A DNA stretch of 64,000 bases from Chthoniobacterales bacterium (lineage in GTDB: Bacteria > Verrucomicrobiota > Verrucomicrobiia > Chthoniobacterales > Chthoniobacteraceae), in NCBI GenBank assembly GCA_038228115.1, contig JBBRPM010000006.1:93366-157365 (forward strand), in the 5' to 3' direction. Positions 37,635 through 48,344 of the stretch are shown here, one piece after another; within the stretch, counting starts at the first letter, position 1; each line of letters opens with the position of its first letter. The notes under the pieces are model-generated. The model was not told where the DNA came from. It saw only the letters and a program-made list of their open reading frames with translations, and did not search any database. Made by a program: the position numbers and the translations under genes.

Positions 37635-38945
37635 TTAAGCCGCTGCGGTGACGCTAGCGTTCGAGACTAGGAAATCAAGGACCTTGCCCGTGATGATCTC
37701 CTCGTTGATCTGGTCGATACCGCCCCGTTTTTCGAGTTCCTTCAGCATTTTCTCAAAGGTCATCTCATACTTCTGGGCGAGCGCCGCCACCCGGCCAAGC
37801 AGCTCTTCCCGCGTCGCCTTGATGTTCTCCTTCTCGGCGATCCGCAAAAGAACGAAAGTCCCCTTCAAACGTTCCCGCGCATTTTGCGAAGCAGCACCCA
37901 CGATCTGCTGCTGATTTTCTTTCAGCACGTCGTCGGAAACGCCGCGCGCCTGGTTGTCCTTCACGATGTCGGAGAGGATTCGCTGCGTTTCATTGCGCAC
38001 CAGATTTTGCGGCAGCTCGCACTCCACGCCTTTCAGCACTTGCTGCATGATTTGCGCGCGCTTGTCGGCGTCCACGCTCGCTGCTTTTTGCGTGGAAAGC
38101 TCGTCCTTTGCCACTGCGCGCAGTTCCTCCAGCGACTTGCCTTTGATCACCGTGTCGGCAAACGCGTCGTCCAGCGCCGGCAGCACGCGCTCTTTGATTC
38201 CCTTCAGCGTCACCGCGTAGTGGATCGTCGCGCCCGGCATCTCCGCGACCGGAAAATCCTGCGGCACCACGATGTCAAATTCCCGCACGTCGCCCACTTT
38301 CGCGTCCACGAGATGCGCGCAGTATCCTGGGAAAAACGCCTCGTCCGTCATGCGAATCCAGAAATCCTCATTCGCCGTCAGCGGCTTGCCCGCTTTTGGA
38401 AAAACCTCGTGAACGGGCTTGCCCTCGATCGTTCCCGAGTAGTCCACCACGATGTAATCCTCCATCACCGCGCCGCGCTCTGGCACGTCGATGAAATCCG
38501 CCGCCTGCTCGCGCAGATTTTCGATCGACTCCTCGATCTCCGCATCCGTCACGTCCGCCGATTTGAGCGCGACCGCGAGGCCTTTATACTCAGGAAGGTC
38601 GAACTGCGGCTGCGTCACCACGGTCGCCGTGAACGACATCGTCTTGTCGTCGCCGATCAAAACATCCTCGACATTTTGCACGCCGAGCACTCGCAATTGA
38701 TGCTTTTGAATCGCCTCACGCGTCGTGTCGTTCAGAAGCTTTTTCTCCACTTCGTCGCGGATTTCTTTCTTAAAACGCTTCTCGATGATCCCGCGCGGCA
38801 CCTTCCCAGCCCGGTAGCCAGGGATCTTCGCGTGTTTGCCGAAGTCGCTCGTGATGGCGTTCCAAGTTTCGGAAACGCGTTCCGGTTCGACTTCAACTTT
38901 GAGGGTGGCGAGGCAGTGCGGGAGATTTTCGACGACGACGTTCAT
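37635..38945 (-). CDS. tig: Trigger factor
   Basis: Start at MNVVVENLP; ribosome-binding, PPIase and C-terminal domains in the tig-clpP-clpX order. Confidence 0.85.
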   Translation of the reverse strand: MNVVVENLPHCLATLKVEVEPERVSETWNAITSDFGKHAKIPGYRAGKVPRGIIEKRFKKEIRDEVEKKLLNDTTREAIQKHQLRVLGVQNVEDVLIGDDKTMSFTATVVTQPQFDLPEYKGLAVALKSADVTDAEIEESIENLREQAADFIDVPERGAVMEDYIVVDYSGTIEGKPVHEVFPKAGKPLTANEDFWIRMTDEAFFPGYCAHLVDAKVGDVREFDIVVPQDFPVAEMPGATIHYAVTLKGIKERVLPALDDAFADTVIKGKSLEELRAVAKDELSTQKAASVDADKRAQIMQQVLKGVECELPQNLVRNETQRILSDIVKDNQARGVSDDVLKENQQQIVGAASQNARERLKGTFVLLRIAEKENIKATREELLGRVAALAQKYEMTFEKMLKELEKRGGIDQINEEIITGKVLDFLVSNASVTAAA

Positions 38946-39175
38946 AGGGTTTGAGAAAAGGGCGGTGAAGATAACCGCCGACTGCGGCTTGCAAAGGGCG
39001 AATTTGGCAGGCCGGGAAATAAGCGGTGCGAATGCCGGAGCTCGCGGAAGAAACGCGCACCTCCGGATCCTCTCGAACACGGAAAAGCTGATTTCAGTTT
39101 TCACCGCGGCGGATTCGCGCCTAAAGTCGCCCCCTTTTCACCGGCCCATCCACCCATCGCGACATCATTTTTCCC

Positions 39176-40243
39176 ATGAAGCTCTTCATACCAGGTCCCG
39201 TCCAAGTCTCCGAAAAAACCTTCGCCGCCTTCTGCCAGCCGATGATCGGCCATCGCAGCGGCGACTTTAAGAAACTCTACGGTGGGATGCAGCCGCGCTT
39301 GCAGGAGTTGTTCGGGACGAAACAACCCGTGTTTCTTTCCACCTCGAGCGCGTGGGGCGTGATGGAAGGCGCAATCCGCAATCTCGTGGACACGAAGAAA
39401 GTGCTGAACTGCATGTGCGGCGCGTTTTCCGACAAGTGGCTCGACGTTTCCAAACGCTGCGGCAAGCAGGCGGACGGCTTGCAAGTCGAGTGGGGCCAGC
39501 CGATCCGGCCCGAGTTGCTCGATGCGAAACTCGCGACCGGCGAATACGAAGCGGTGACGATCATTCACAATGAAACTTCGACCGGCGTGATGTCGCCGAT
39601 CGCGGAACTCGCCGAAGTGCTGCGGAAATATCCCGACGTGCTTTCGATCGTGGACAGCGTCTCGTCCTTCAGCGTCGTGCCGCTGCCGATGGATGAACTC
39701 GGCCTCGACGTGCTGCTCACCGGTTCGCAGAAAGCGCTCGCGATGCCGCCGGGGCTTGCGCTTTTCGCGGCCAGCGAAAAGGCGTTTGCCAAAGCGAAGA
39801 CGATCGCGACGCGCGGCTACTATTTCGACTTCATCGAGTTTCAGAAAAATCAGGCCGAAGACATGACGCCGAGCACGCCGAGCATCTCGCACATTTATGC
39901 GTTGCGCTCGAAGCTCGACGACATCTTCACCGAAGGCGTCGCCGCCCGCCATGCTCGACATGCTGCTCTCAATGACATGGTCCACGACTGGGTAAAAGCG
40001 CGCGGTTTTGATTTCTTCGCGCCGGAAGGTTATCGCTCGAAATCGCTGACGTGCGTGTCGAATGCTAAAGGTATCGACGTCGCCGAGCTCGCAAAGAAAA
40101 TGAAAGACCGCCACGGCCTCATCATCGACGGCGGCTACGGCAAGCTGAAGGGCAAAACTTTCCGCCTTTCCAACATGGGCGACGAGACGAAGGAAACCAT
40201 CGCCGAGCTGCTTGCCGCGCTGGACGACTGCCTCGCGGGCTGA
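39176..40243 (+). CDS. Class V PLP-dependent aminotransferase (AGXT/serine-pyruvate family)
   Basis: Fold-type I aminotransferase with SQKAL PLP-lysine motif. Confidence 0.7.
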   Translation: MKLFIPGPVQVSEKTFAAFCQPMIGHRSGDFKKLYGGMQPRLQELFGTKQPVFLSTSSAWGVMEGAIRNLVDTKKVLNCMCGAFSDKWLDVSKRCGKQADGLQVEWGQPIRPELLDAKLATGEYEAVTIIHNETSTGVMSPIAELAEVLRKYPDVLSIVDSVSSFSVVPLPMDELGLDVLLTGSQKALAMPPGLALFAASEKAFAKAKTIATRGYYFDFIEFQKNQAEDMTPSTPSISHIYALRSKLDDIFTEGVAARHARHAALNDMVHDWVKARGFDFFAPEGYRSKSLTCVSNAKGIDVAELAKKMKDRHGLIIDGGYGKLKGKTFRLSNMGDETKETIAELLAALDDCLAG

Positions 40244-40332
40244 AGTCTGCGATGACTACATTGTCATCGAGTTAGCCGTCCGCCCACGGTGACAAAACAA
40301 AGGCGCGGGTGTAAGCCCGTGGAAAATTCCCC

Positions 40333-41007
40333 ATGCGCATCCTGGTTGTCGAAGACGAAAAGAAAATCGCCCAGCTCCTCCGAAAGGGGCTGAGCGCGGA
40401 AGGTTTCAGCATCGACTACTGCGCCGACGGCGAAGACGGACTCGCGCTCGCACTCTCCACGCCTTTCGATGCGATCGTCCTCGATGTGATGCTCCCTGGA
40501 CGCGATGGGCTCAGCGTTCTGCGGCAGCTTCGCGACAAAAAAATCTGCACGCCCGTGCTCCTGCTCACGGCACGCGGCGAAGTCTCCGAACGCATCGAAG
40601 GTCTCAATCTCGGCGCGGACGATTACATGGCGAAGCCCTTTTCCATGGATGAACTCGTGGCGCGGCTGCGAGCCCTGCTGCGGCGGACGTCGGGCGAAAA
40701 ACTCAGCTTTTACAAAGTGGAGGATCTTTCCATGAATCTGATCAGCCGGGAGGTAAATCGCGCGGGCCGAAAGGTCGAGCTGACCGCCCGTGAATTTGCG
40801 TTGCTCGAATTTCTGATGCGCGCGCCGGGCCGCGTTTTTACCCGCACGCAGATTCATGAAAAAGTGTGGGACTACAATTTCGATCCCGGCACGAATCTCG
40901 TCGACGTCTATATCCAGCGGCTGCGCCGCAAAGTGGATGACGGGGCCACGCCGAAGCTGATCCAGACGGTGCGCGGCGTTGGCTACAGCGTGAATCCATT
41001 GCCGTGA
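40333..41007 (+). CDS. OmpR-family response regulator (CusR/CopR-like)
   Basis: REC domain (MRILVVEDE...D...) plus winged-helix output domain. Confidence 0.85.
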   Translation: MRILVVEDEKKIAQLLRKGLSAEGFSIDYCADGEDGLALALSTPFDAIVLDVMLPGRDGLSVLRQLRDKKICTPVLLLTARGEVSERIEGLNLGADDYMAKPFSMDELVARLRALLRRTSGEKLSFYKVEDLSMNLISREVNRAGRKVELTAREFALLEFLMRAPGRVFTRTQIHEKVWDYNFDPGTNLVDVYIQRLRRKVDDGATPKLIQTVRGVGYSVNPLP

Positions 41008-42407
41008 AACGCTGGCCGCTTCGTCGCAAGATGACGCTATGGACGGCGATGATCGTCGGTGCCGCGGTGGTGTGCGTCGGCCTCGGCGTGGCGTGGCATC
41101 TTTACAAGGATGGCATTGGCAATCTCGACGGCGAATTGAGGTCCACCGCGCATGATTTTTTCGACGGTCTCGGGCGACATCCCAGCCGTTTCGAGTGGAG
41201 CGATCGCAGCGCGGTCGATGACCTTTTTCCCAATGTCCGAACCCTGTTTTTTGTGCAGATCGAAGAGCCTGAAGGCCACGCCGTCTTTCGTTCGCGCAAC
41301 CTCGAACAAGCCACCTTTCCGATCGACGCGAAAGAGCGGGGCCATTTCACGACCGAGCTTTTTGGAAAGGAAATGCGCGTCGGCGTTTTCCAGCGCGGGC
41401 AGGTCACCTTGCGGCTGGCGGCCAGCATTTACCAAGTCGAGGAGACCTTCGAGGATTTGCTGATCGCGTACGCGGTGGCGCTTCCAGTCCTGCTGATTTT
41501 TGTCGGCGTCGCCGGCTGGTGGCTTTCACAGAAAGCACTGCGCCCGATCCGTGACATCGCGATCGCCGCCGAGCAAATCACCGCCCGCCGGCTCGACCAG
41601 CGCCTGCCGAATCCAGGCACGCGCGATGAGGTCGCGCACTTGACCGATGTATTGAACAAAATGATCGACCGGCTGGCGGCCAGCTTCACGCAGGCCACGC
41701 GCTTTACCGCCGATGCTTCGCATGAACTCAAGACCCCGCTCACCATCATCCGCGGCGAGCTGGAAGCGGCGTTGCGCGAGGGCGAACTTTCGCCTTCGCA
41801 GGAAAAACTGCTTGTGAATCTGCTCGAGGAAACGCAGCGCCTGCGCGGGATCACGGACGGCCTGCTCCTCCTTTCGCGCGCGGATGCCGGGCACTTCGAA
41901 TTGCCCGTGGCCGCGCTCGATTTCAGTGCGCTCGTTTCCGAAATCCTGGAAGACATCGAGATCCTCGCGGCACCGCATCAGATCGCGCTCGAAGCGGAAG
42001 TGCAGAGCGGCATCCGGGTCAGAGGGAACGCGCAATTTCTGCGGCAGTTGCTGCTGAATCTTTTCGACAACGCGATCAAATATAACGACCCGCAAGGCAG
42101 CCTGCGGGTGACGGTTTCCGAAACGAAGGGCGAGTGCATCGTCTCCGTCGCCAACACCGGAACCACCATCTCGCCGGCCGATGCGGAACACATCTTCGAT
42201 CGCTTTTACCGCGGCGACGCCGTGCGTCAAAGTCGCCGCAGTGGCCACGGCCTCGGACTCAGCATTTGCCGCGAAATCGCGCGCGCACACCGGGGCGAAG
42301 TCGTCGTCGCGCCGGATGCTGCGGCAGGCTGGACGGAACTCCGGCTGACGATGCCGGCGCTGGAGAGCGTAGCGTCCCTTCCCTCCACTTCAGCGGTGGC
42401 GGTCTGA
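41004..42407 (+). CDS. Heavy-metal-type sensor histidine kinase (CusS-like)
   Basis: Overlaps the regulator by 4 nt; two TM segments, HAMP, H-box SHELKTPLT, HATPase_c. Confidence 0.8.
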   Translation: MKRWPLRRKMTLWTAMIVGAAVVCVGLGVAWHLYKDGIGNLDGELRSTAHDFFDGLGRHPSRFEWSDRSAVDDLFPNVRTLFFVQIEEPEGHAVFRSRNLEQATFPIDAKERGHFTTELFGKEMRVGVFQRGQVTLRLAASIYQVEETFEDLLIAYAVALPVLLIFVGVAGWWLSQKALRPIRDIAIAAEQITARRLDQRLPNPGTRDEVAHLTDVLNKMIDRLAASFTQATRFTADASHELKTPLTIIRGELEAALREGELSPSQEKLLVNLLEETQRLRGITDGLLLLSRADAGHFELPVAALDFSALVSEILEDIEILAAPHQIALEAEVQSGIRVRGNAQFLRQLLLNLFDNAIKYNDPQGSLRVTVSETKGECIVSVANTGTTISPADAEHIFDRFYRGDAVRQSRRSGHGLGLSICREIARAHRGEVVVAPDAAAGWTELRLTMPALESVASLPSTSAVAV

Positions 42408-42471
42408 ATGAACAGTTTTTCATTCGCGCGCGGTGGTTCCGTTCATGTGTGCCGGGTCTAGTCCCGCGCCC

Positions 42472-43782
42472 ATGCCAATACCACTTACTCTTCCTACCGC
42501 GCGGATCGCTCTCGCGGCCAGCGTCGCGACACTCATCCTCTCCAGCCCGCTCAGTCTCCGCGCTGCGGATGCGGGAATTTCCCGGGCCGAATTCCTCGAA
42601 ATGAAACGCGAGATGGCTGAACTGCGCGGCGAGGTCAAAGAACTGCGCGCGGAAAAGGCGGCGCGCCAGTCCAGCGCCTCCAGTCCCGCTCTCAGAGGCT
42701 CGAGTTCCGCCCTCGCCGCCTTGAACCAGCGCATCGATGAGATCGCGAACGTGGCAGACCTTTCCAAGCCGGGGGAAAACAAGATGGTCATCACCGGCAG
42801 CGGATCGACGACCTTTACCGCTCGCAATCACGATAGCTCGAACTTCAGTGCGACCTTTGCTCCCGTCCTATTGTGGCACTTGGGCGAAAAGCTCTTGTTC
42901 GAGAGCGAGGTGGAGTTTGAGCTGGATGGATCAGACACGGCACTGAATCTCGAATACGCTCAACTCACTTACACGTTGAACGACTACATGACACTGGGAG
43001 CGGGCAAGTTCCTCGCCCCGATGAGCGCGTTCATCGAACGCTACGAACCCAAGTGGATCAACAAGCTGCCTGATACTCCGCTGGCCATTTATGACGGCAT
43101 CCTTCCAGAAGGAAACGTGGGCGTGCAACTCCGCGGCGTCATTCCAGCGGGACCGACGCGGATTAACTATTCGACTTATGTCAGCAATGCCCCGCGCTTG
43201 ATCACCACTGACCCGGAAGCCGCCGGTCAACTTTCGTTCAACAACTACACTTCTCTCAACGATAACAAAGCCGTCGGCGGACGAGTAGGATTTCTGCCCT
43301 GCCCGAACTTTGAAGTGGGATACGGAGTGCAATACTCCAGAGTCAGGGGCGACGAAGGTGGAAAATCGGTGGGCGCATTACTTCAGGCGGTGGATATGAG
43401 CACTTATCTGGAAGCAGCAAAAGGCCGCTTCACCTTACTGGGCGAATACGCGTGGAGTCACCTGGGCAATCGGGCTTACGACACCGGCGGCGGACCTTTC
43501 ACTTTTGATAACAAACGTCAGGGTGGATATGTGCAGCTCTCGTATCGCGCCAAGCAGTTTGAGTCCGACGTTCTCAATCGCTTTGAAATCGTGGCGCGCG
43601 CGGACCGCTCGCAAGCTCCGCACGATGCACCGGGCGCATTCGATGAGCGCAGGCTTACCTTCGGGCTCGATTATTGGGTGACTGGTTCGACGGTCGTGAA
43701 AGCGGCTTACGAGATTGATCATCGCGATAATGGACAGCCAAACGGGAATGCCTTCCTGATCGGCGTCGCGACGGGCCTTTAA
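42472..43782 (+). CDS. Putative outer-membrane porin (Porin_O_P-like beta-barrel with N-terminal coiled coil)
   Basis: Signal peptide, coiled-coil stretch, then alternating beta-strand pattern. Position inside a metal-responsive operon. Confidence 0.4.
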   Translation: MPIPLTLPTARIALAASVATLILSSPLSLRAADAGISRAEFLEMKREMAELRGEVKELRAEKAARQSSASSPALRGSSSALAALNQRIDEIANVADLSKPGENKMVITGSGSTTFTARNHDSSNFSATFAPVLLWHLGEKLLFESEVEFELDGSDTALNLEYAQLTYTLNDYMTLGAGKFLAPMSAFIERYEPKWINKLPDTPLAIYDGILPEGNVGVQLRGVIPAGPTRINYSTYVSNAPRLITTDPEAAGQLSFNNYTSLNDNKAVGGRVGFLPCPNFEVGYGVQYSRVRGDEGGKSVGALLQAVDMSTYLEAAKGRFTLLGEYAWSHLGNRAYDTGGGPFTFDNKRQGGYVQLSYRAKQFESDVLNRFEIVARADRSQAPHDAPGAFDERRLTFGLDYWVTGSTVVKAAYEIDHRDNGQPNGNAFLIGVATGL

Positions 43783-43808
43783 GTCTCACCTTCACTTCTT
43801 ATTATTTT

Positions 43809-44093
43809 ATGAAGACTTCGCTATTTAGCATCCTTGGCCTTGGCCTTGGTCTGACCCTGACTTTCGTAACTCCCAACTCTTTCGCCGGGGCAGGCTCCGG
43901 CAAAGAAATGGATAACGGCATCGATGCCGCCAGGCTTTGGGCTCAAACTTGCACGCGGTGCCATAACACACGCCCGGCTACTTCTTTCAGCGACGCCCAG
44001 TGGGTCGTGATCACGCATCATATGCGGGTTCGCGCCAATCTCACCGGACCAGAAACCAAAGCGATCCTCGAATTTCTCAAGGACGCCAACTAA
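43809..44093 (+). CDS. Small secreted c-type cytochrome-like protein (CxxCH)
   Basis: Signal peptide plus a single heme-binding motif CTRCHN. Confidence 0.5.
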   Translation: MKTSLFSILGLGLGLTLTFVTPNSFAGAGSGKEMDNGIDAARLWAQTCTRCHNTRPATSFSDAQWVVITHHMRVRANLTGPETKAILEFLKDAN

Positions 44094-44131
44094 ACCGCAG
44101 CACACAACGCAGTCTAAACCGTACTATTACT

Positions 44132-44383
44132 ATGCCCACGTCCATTCGTACTATCATCGCAGCCGCTCTTATTACCTTCGCCGCAGGAGCGTCAACCTTT
44201 GCCGCCGACAGCAAGACTTGCATCGTCTCTGGAGATACCTTTGGCGGAGACAAGGGGCCTCCGGTGAGCGTGACCTATAAGGGGCGCACGATCATGCTGT
44301 GCTGCAAGTCGTGCATTCGGAAGTTCAACGCCAATCCCGAGAAATATCTGGGCGCTGCGAATAACACGCAGGCAGGCCAATAG
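44132..44383 (+). CDS. Secreted YHS-domain (TRASH-like metal-binding) protein
   Basis: CIVSGDTFGG...YKGRTIMLCCKSCIRKFNANPEKY matches the YHS pattern. Confidence 0.55.
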   Translation: MPTSIRTIIAAALITFAAGASTFAADSKTCIVSGDTFGGDKGPPVSVTYKGRTIMLCCKSCIRKFNANPEKYLGAANNTQAGQ

Positions 44384-44411
44384 GTCTGTCCCGGGCCTTT
44401 CGCCGGCTATT

Positions 44412-44954
44412 TTACAGGAGACCGCGGATCGCGCTCTCACGAGCGCGGTTAGTGGTTTCGTCGAGCACTTCGCAACGCGTGATGTGGCGCGGCAGTTCCG
44501 GGATTTCCACCCAGGAACGGCAGCCGCCATAGCGCGGGGCGTCGGGGAAAACGAACGGCTCCGACAGGCGCTGCACGCGGATGAACGCGAGGCTGACCAT
44601 CTGTTTTGCGTCCTGGACGAAACGTTTCTCGATCTCGAAATCCTGCCACAGATGGAACGGCGCGAGCGCCTGCACTTTCGACCAGTCGGCGATGTCCCGC
44701 GTCCACTCGACGCGGGCGGCGAAGCGCACCTCCAACTGGCCGTCAGTGCGCGGGGCCGGAAGTGTGGTTCCGGCGGAGATGCGGAGCTTGGCGGCTTGCT
44801 CGTGGAAGAGCGTGGGCAGAAGGAGAAACTCGGGATGCAGAAAGCGAAAGCCCGCGCGGCCTTCCGCGATGCCGCCTTTGCGGAGGATGATGCTTTGCTC
44901 GCCGCGACCGAGGGCTTCGCAGACGAGCGCCCATTCTTTGAAAGCGATGTTCAT
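44412..44954 (-). CDS. DUF1802-family protein
   Basis: N-terminus [29 protein letters not shown] is typical of DUF1802. Confidence 0.5.
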   Translation of the reverse strand: MNIAFKEWALVCEALGRGEQSIILRKGGIAEGRAGFRFLHPEFLLLPTLFHEQAAKLRISAGTTLPAPRTDGQLEVRFAARVEWTRDIADWSKVQALAPFHLWQDFEIEKRFVQDAKQMVSLAFIRVQRLSEPFVFPDAPRYGGCRSWVEIPELPRHITRCEVLDETTNRARESAIRGLL

Positions 44955-45739
44955 GAGACTTGTTCCGGGAGACGAATCGGGACGCCGTGTCGCGCGAGGT
45001 AGGATTTCACATCGCCGACGGTAAACTCGCCGAAGTGAAAAATGCTCGCCGCGAGGACGGCATCAGCGCGGCCTTCGCGCAGGACTTCCACGAGATGATC
45101 GAGCGTGCCCGCGCCGCCGCTGGCGACGACGGGGACGCCGACCGCTTCGCTGATGCGGCGCGTGATGACGAGGTCGTAGCCGGCCTTCGTGCCGTCGGCA
45201 TCGATCGAGTTCAGCACGATCTCGCCCGCTCCGCGGCGCACGGCTTCGGTGGCCCATTCGATGGCGTCGAGGCCGGTGGGTTTGCGTCCGCCTTGGACGA
45301 AGACTTCCCAGCGATCGGGCCCGACTTTTTTTGCGTCGATGGAGACGACGATGCACTGGCTGCCAAAGCGTTCCGCGCCCGCCGAGATCAGCTCGGGCGT
45401 GGCGATGGCGCTGGAGTTGATGCTGATTTTGTCCGCGCCGCTTTTCAGCATGACGCTCATGTCTTCCACCACGCGAATGCCGCCGCCGACGGTGAGCGGC
45501 ATGAAGCAATGCGCGGCGGTGCGCTCGATGACATCGACCATGCTGGCGCGTCCATGGGCACTGGCGGTGATGTCGAAAAAAACCATCTCATCCGCACCCT
45601 GATCATTGTATCGGCGGGCGAGCTCCACGGGATCGCCGACATTCCGCAAGCCGCCCTCTTCGGCGCGGCCAAACTGCACGCCGCGTGTGACTTTTCCATC
45701 GTGGACGTCGAGGCAGGGGATGACGCGTTTGGTGAGCAT
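44951..45739 (-). CDS. hisF: Imidazole glycerol phosphate synthase cyclase subunit HisF
   Basis: [12 protein letters not shown]...GADE...GGGIR canonical HisF. Confidence 0.9.
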   Translation of the reverse strand: MLTKRVIPCLDVHDGKVTRGVQFGRAEEGGLRNVGDPVELARRYNDQGADEMVFFDITASAHGRASMVDVIERTAAHCFMPLTVGGGIRVVEDMSVMLKSGADKISINSSAIATPELISAGAERFGSQCIVVSIDAKKVGPDRWEVFVQGGRKPTGLDAIEWATEAVRRGAGEIVLNSIDADGTKAGYDLVITRRISEAVGVPVVASGGAGTLDHLVEVLREGRADAVLAASIFHFGEFTVGDVKSYLARHGVPIRLPEQVS

Positions 45740-45833
45740 GAAGGTGAGCGGGAAATGAAGGATTGACCAGCGTTGCGGGGTCGGCTAAGCGATTTCGCCG
45801 GTTAAGGGGAAACCAGCAAACAAGTAATTTACC

Positions 45834-47048
45834 ATGGGCAACAACAACGACGATCAATCCGCGAAAAACAACGGGAACGACAAGGTGAAAAAATCGGCCG
45901 GCTTTACGCTTTCGAGCACGCCGACGGTGGGCGAGTCGGACCCCGGTGAGTTTCACAAGTACGAAACCGCGACCTCGGAAGACAGCACGCCGGCTCCGGT
46001 CGCGCCGCCCGCTTACGAGGACTTGGGCGACCTGCCGCGGACGTATTTTGAAGACACCGTTTTCCTTGTGGCGCGCGATCCTCGCTGGCTGTTTGCGTAT
46101 TGGGATTTCGACTGGACGAAGTATCCGCACAGCTCGATGCGCGGCGGCGTCTCGCAGTTTTTCCTGAGGATTTCCAAAGAAGACGGGGCTCAGGAAACGA
46201 TCGTCGAAATCGCACCCGAGGCGCGCAATTGGTATGTGCCGGTGAGCGCGCCGGACACGCTTTATTTTGGCGAAATCGGCTTCTTTGCGCGGGATGGCGG
46301 CTGGGCGCCGATCGTCACTTCCGGAGCGACGCGGACGCCGGCGGATGCGCTGGCTGAGGATGTCGCGGCGGACTTTGCGACCGTGCCGCTGCACCTCAGT
46401 TTTGAGCGGATGCTGGAGCTGGTGAAGCACCACATGGAAGGCGGCGAGACGCTGCTGGAGGCCGTGGCGCGGATCACGGATGAAGGGCGAAAAATCGCGT
46501 TTCATCCCGGTCGTGGACCGGCGTGGACGGACGAGCAGCGCGCGCTCCTCGCCGCGCTGCTGGGAAACAGTCTGCTCGATCGCATGGGCCTCGGCTCGGA
46601 CGAACTCGACTCGCTCCTGCGCAAGCAATTGCTGGAGCGTTTGCACAGCGAGACGGCGAGCGGTTTCGCGGGAGAAATGAACCGCATTTTTCAGCCCGGC
46701 GTGAGCAGTCTTTTCAGCGGAGTCGGCGCGAGTTGGAGTGCGCAGCCATTCAGCACGCGGAAGTTTTTCATGCACGTGAATGCCGAGATCATTTTCTACG
46801 GCGGCACCGATCCGAATGCGACGGTGTGGGTCGATGGCAAGGAGATCAAGCTGAGCCCGGATGGGACGTTCCGTTACCACTTCAAACTGCCCGACGGCGA
46901 CTTCGCGATCCCGATTGTGGCGCGTTCGCCGGATCACGTGGAGCAGCGCTCGGCGACGTTGTCTTTTGTGCGCAGCACGGAGAAAACGGGCCACGTCACG
47001 GACACGGATCAGCCGCCGTATCTGGAGCCGCTCATCGGGAAAAAATAG
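45834..47048 (+). CDS. DUF4912-like protein
   Basis: N-terminal low-complexity region, then FLVARDPRWLFAYWDFDW, reminiscent of DUF4912 from Planctomycetes/Verrucomicrobia. Confidence 0.45.
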   Translation: MGNNNDDQSAKNNGNDKVKKSAGFTLSSTPTVGESDPGEFHKYETATSEDSTPAPVAPPAYEDLGDLPRTYFEDTVFLVARDPRWLFAYWDFDWTKYPHSSMRGGVSQFFLRISKEDGAQETIVEIAPEARNWYVPVSAPDTLYFGEIGFFARDGGWAPIVTSGATRTPADALAEDVAADFATVPLHLSFERMLELVKHHMEGGETLLEAVARITDEGRKIAFHPGRGPAWTDEQRALLAALLGNSLLDRMGLGSDELDSLLRKQLLERLHSETASGFAGEMNRIFQPGVSSLFSGVGASWSAQPFSTRKFFMHVNAEIIFYGGTDPNATVWVDGKEIKLSPDGTFRYHFKLPDGDFAIPIVARSPDHVEQRSATLSFVRSTEKTGHVTDTDQPPYLEPLIGKK

Positions 47049-47079
47049 GCGCGTCCGGCGCGGGCGCGGTTCCATATTT

Positions 47080-47976
47080 TTGAAACGCCCGACGCGCGAT
47101 CGCCTGCTGGAAGAGTTCCTCGACTTCATGGAAGTCGAGCGCAACGGATCGCCGCGCACACTTGAAAATTATCGGCACGCGCTCGCGGGATTTCGGGCGT
47201 CGGTGCCGGTGCCCGGCTGGAAGGAACTGACCGCCGATCACTTTCGCCGCTACCTTTTCGAGATCACGAAACGCGGTCTGGCGCGCCCGACGATCCGGCT
47301 GCACTTCGCGGCGCTGCGGACCTTTTTTAAATTCCTGACGCAGCGGCACAATCTGACGGTCAATCCGCTGAAGGAAGTGCAATTGCCGAAGCTGGAAAAG
47401 AAACTGCCGCTGGTCCTCACCGCGACGCAGATCGACGAACTGCTCAGCGCGCCGCTTCGCGTCGAAAGATCGAGCCGCGCGCCGGTCTGGATGCCGGCGC
47501 GCGATGCCGCGATCCTCGAGCTTTTCTACAGCAGCGGCCTGCGGCTCGCGGAGCTCGTCTCGCTGAATGTCGAGAGCGTGGACCCTTTTACCGAGAGCGT
47601 CCGCGTGCTGGGCAAAGGCCGCAAGGAACGCATCGTGCCGGTTGGCGCGCCAGCACTGGTCGCGATTCAAAAATATCGACAGGAAGCGAACGTCCACAGC
47701 GGCCCACTTTTCCTGAGCAAAGTGCGCAAACGCATCGCGCACGTGAATGTCGGCCTCGTGCTGCGGCGCTACCTCCCGCACACGAGCATCCCCGTGCGCG
47801 TGAGCCCGCACAAGCTGCGGCACAGCTTCGCCACGCACATGCTCGATGCGGGCGCGGACTTGCGCAGCGTGCAAGCGCTGCTCGGCCACGCGAGTCTTTC
47901 CACGACGCAGATTTACACGCACGTCACCGTCGATCGGCTGAAGCGCGCCTACGACGACGCGCATCCGCGGGCTTAA
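47080..47976 (+). CDS. xerC: Tyrosine site-specific recombinase XerC/XerD-like
   Basis: Catalytic R...HxxR...Y (LRHSFATHML, GHASLSTTQIYTHV). Start is uncertain: TTG 47080, or ATG 47128. Confidence 0.8.
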   Translation: MKRPTRDRLLEEFLDFMEVERNGSPRTLENYRHALAGFRASVPVPGWKELTADHFRRYLFEITKRGLARPTIRLHFAALRTFFKFLTQRHNLTVNPLKEVQLPKLEKKLPLVLTATQIDELLSAPLRVERSSRAPVWMPARDAAILELFYSSGLRLAELVSLNVESVDPFTESVRVLGKGRKERIVPVGAPALVAIQKYRQEANVHSGPLFLSKVRKRIAHVNVGLVLRRYLPHTSIPVRVSPHKLRHSFATHMLDAGADLRSVQALLGHASLSTTQIYTHVTVDRLKRAYDDAHPRA

Positions 47977-48098
47977 GCGCGTCTGGCGGAAATTGCGCAG
48001 CGTGTTTCTTTTGAGAAGGATCGCGAGGGTGCGGACTGCGCGCCGGGAGCAAAGTTTGCCGGTGTGCGCCGCAGTGCGGGGGAAGTCCACGATGGCGA

Positions 48099-48114
48099 TG
48101 GCATAACGGGTGCT
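48099..48114 (+). promoter_or_regulatory. Putative sigma-54 (-24/-12) promoter for amt-glnK unit 1
   Basis: TGGCAT-aacgg-gTGCt has the correct GG-N10-GC spacing; a near-identical element precedes amt unit 2. Confidence 0.4.
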
Positions 48115-48344
48115 AAAGGCCGCGAAATCTTTCCACGAAATAATCTGTGGGAAAAACCGCGGGGCTGCGCAAAACGCGCCGCGCGAACTGCAGAATTGCC
48201 TTCGCCGAAAGATTTCACGCACCACTTTTCGCCCGCTTTTCATCGAACGCGCCGGCTTTCCCCGAGGCTCGCGGCGCGCGCGATGGAGGGAAGGCGAAGG
48301 GGTTTCAGCCAAACACCAACACCGCAACAAAAACACCAACGCAA

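Noticed and set aside
37884-38954. 356-aa plus-strand ORF
   Set aside because: Antisense to tig.
39101-40114. 337-aa minus-strand ORF
   Set aside because: Antisense to the class V aminotransferase gene.
45603-47159. 518-aa minus-strand ORF
   Set aside because: Antisense to the DUF4912-like gene and xerC start; spurious.
47982-47998. TGGCgg-aaa-TTGCg as a sigma-54 promoter upstream of amt copy 1
   Set aside because: The GG to GC spacing is two nt too short; the element at 48099..48114 fits the consensus spacing and is duplicated before amt copy 2.
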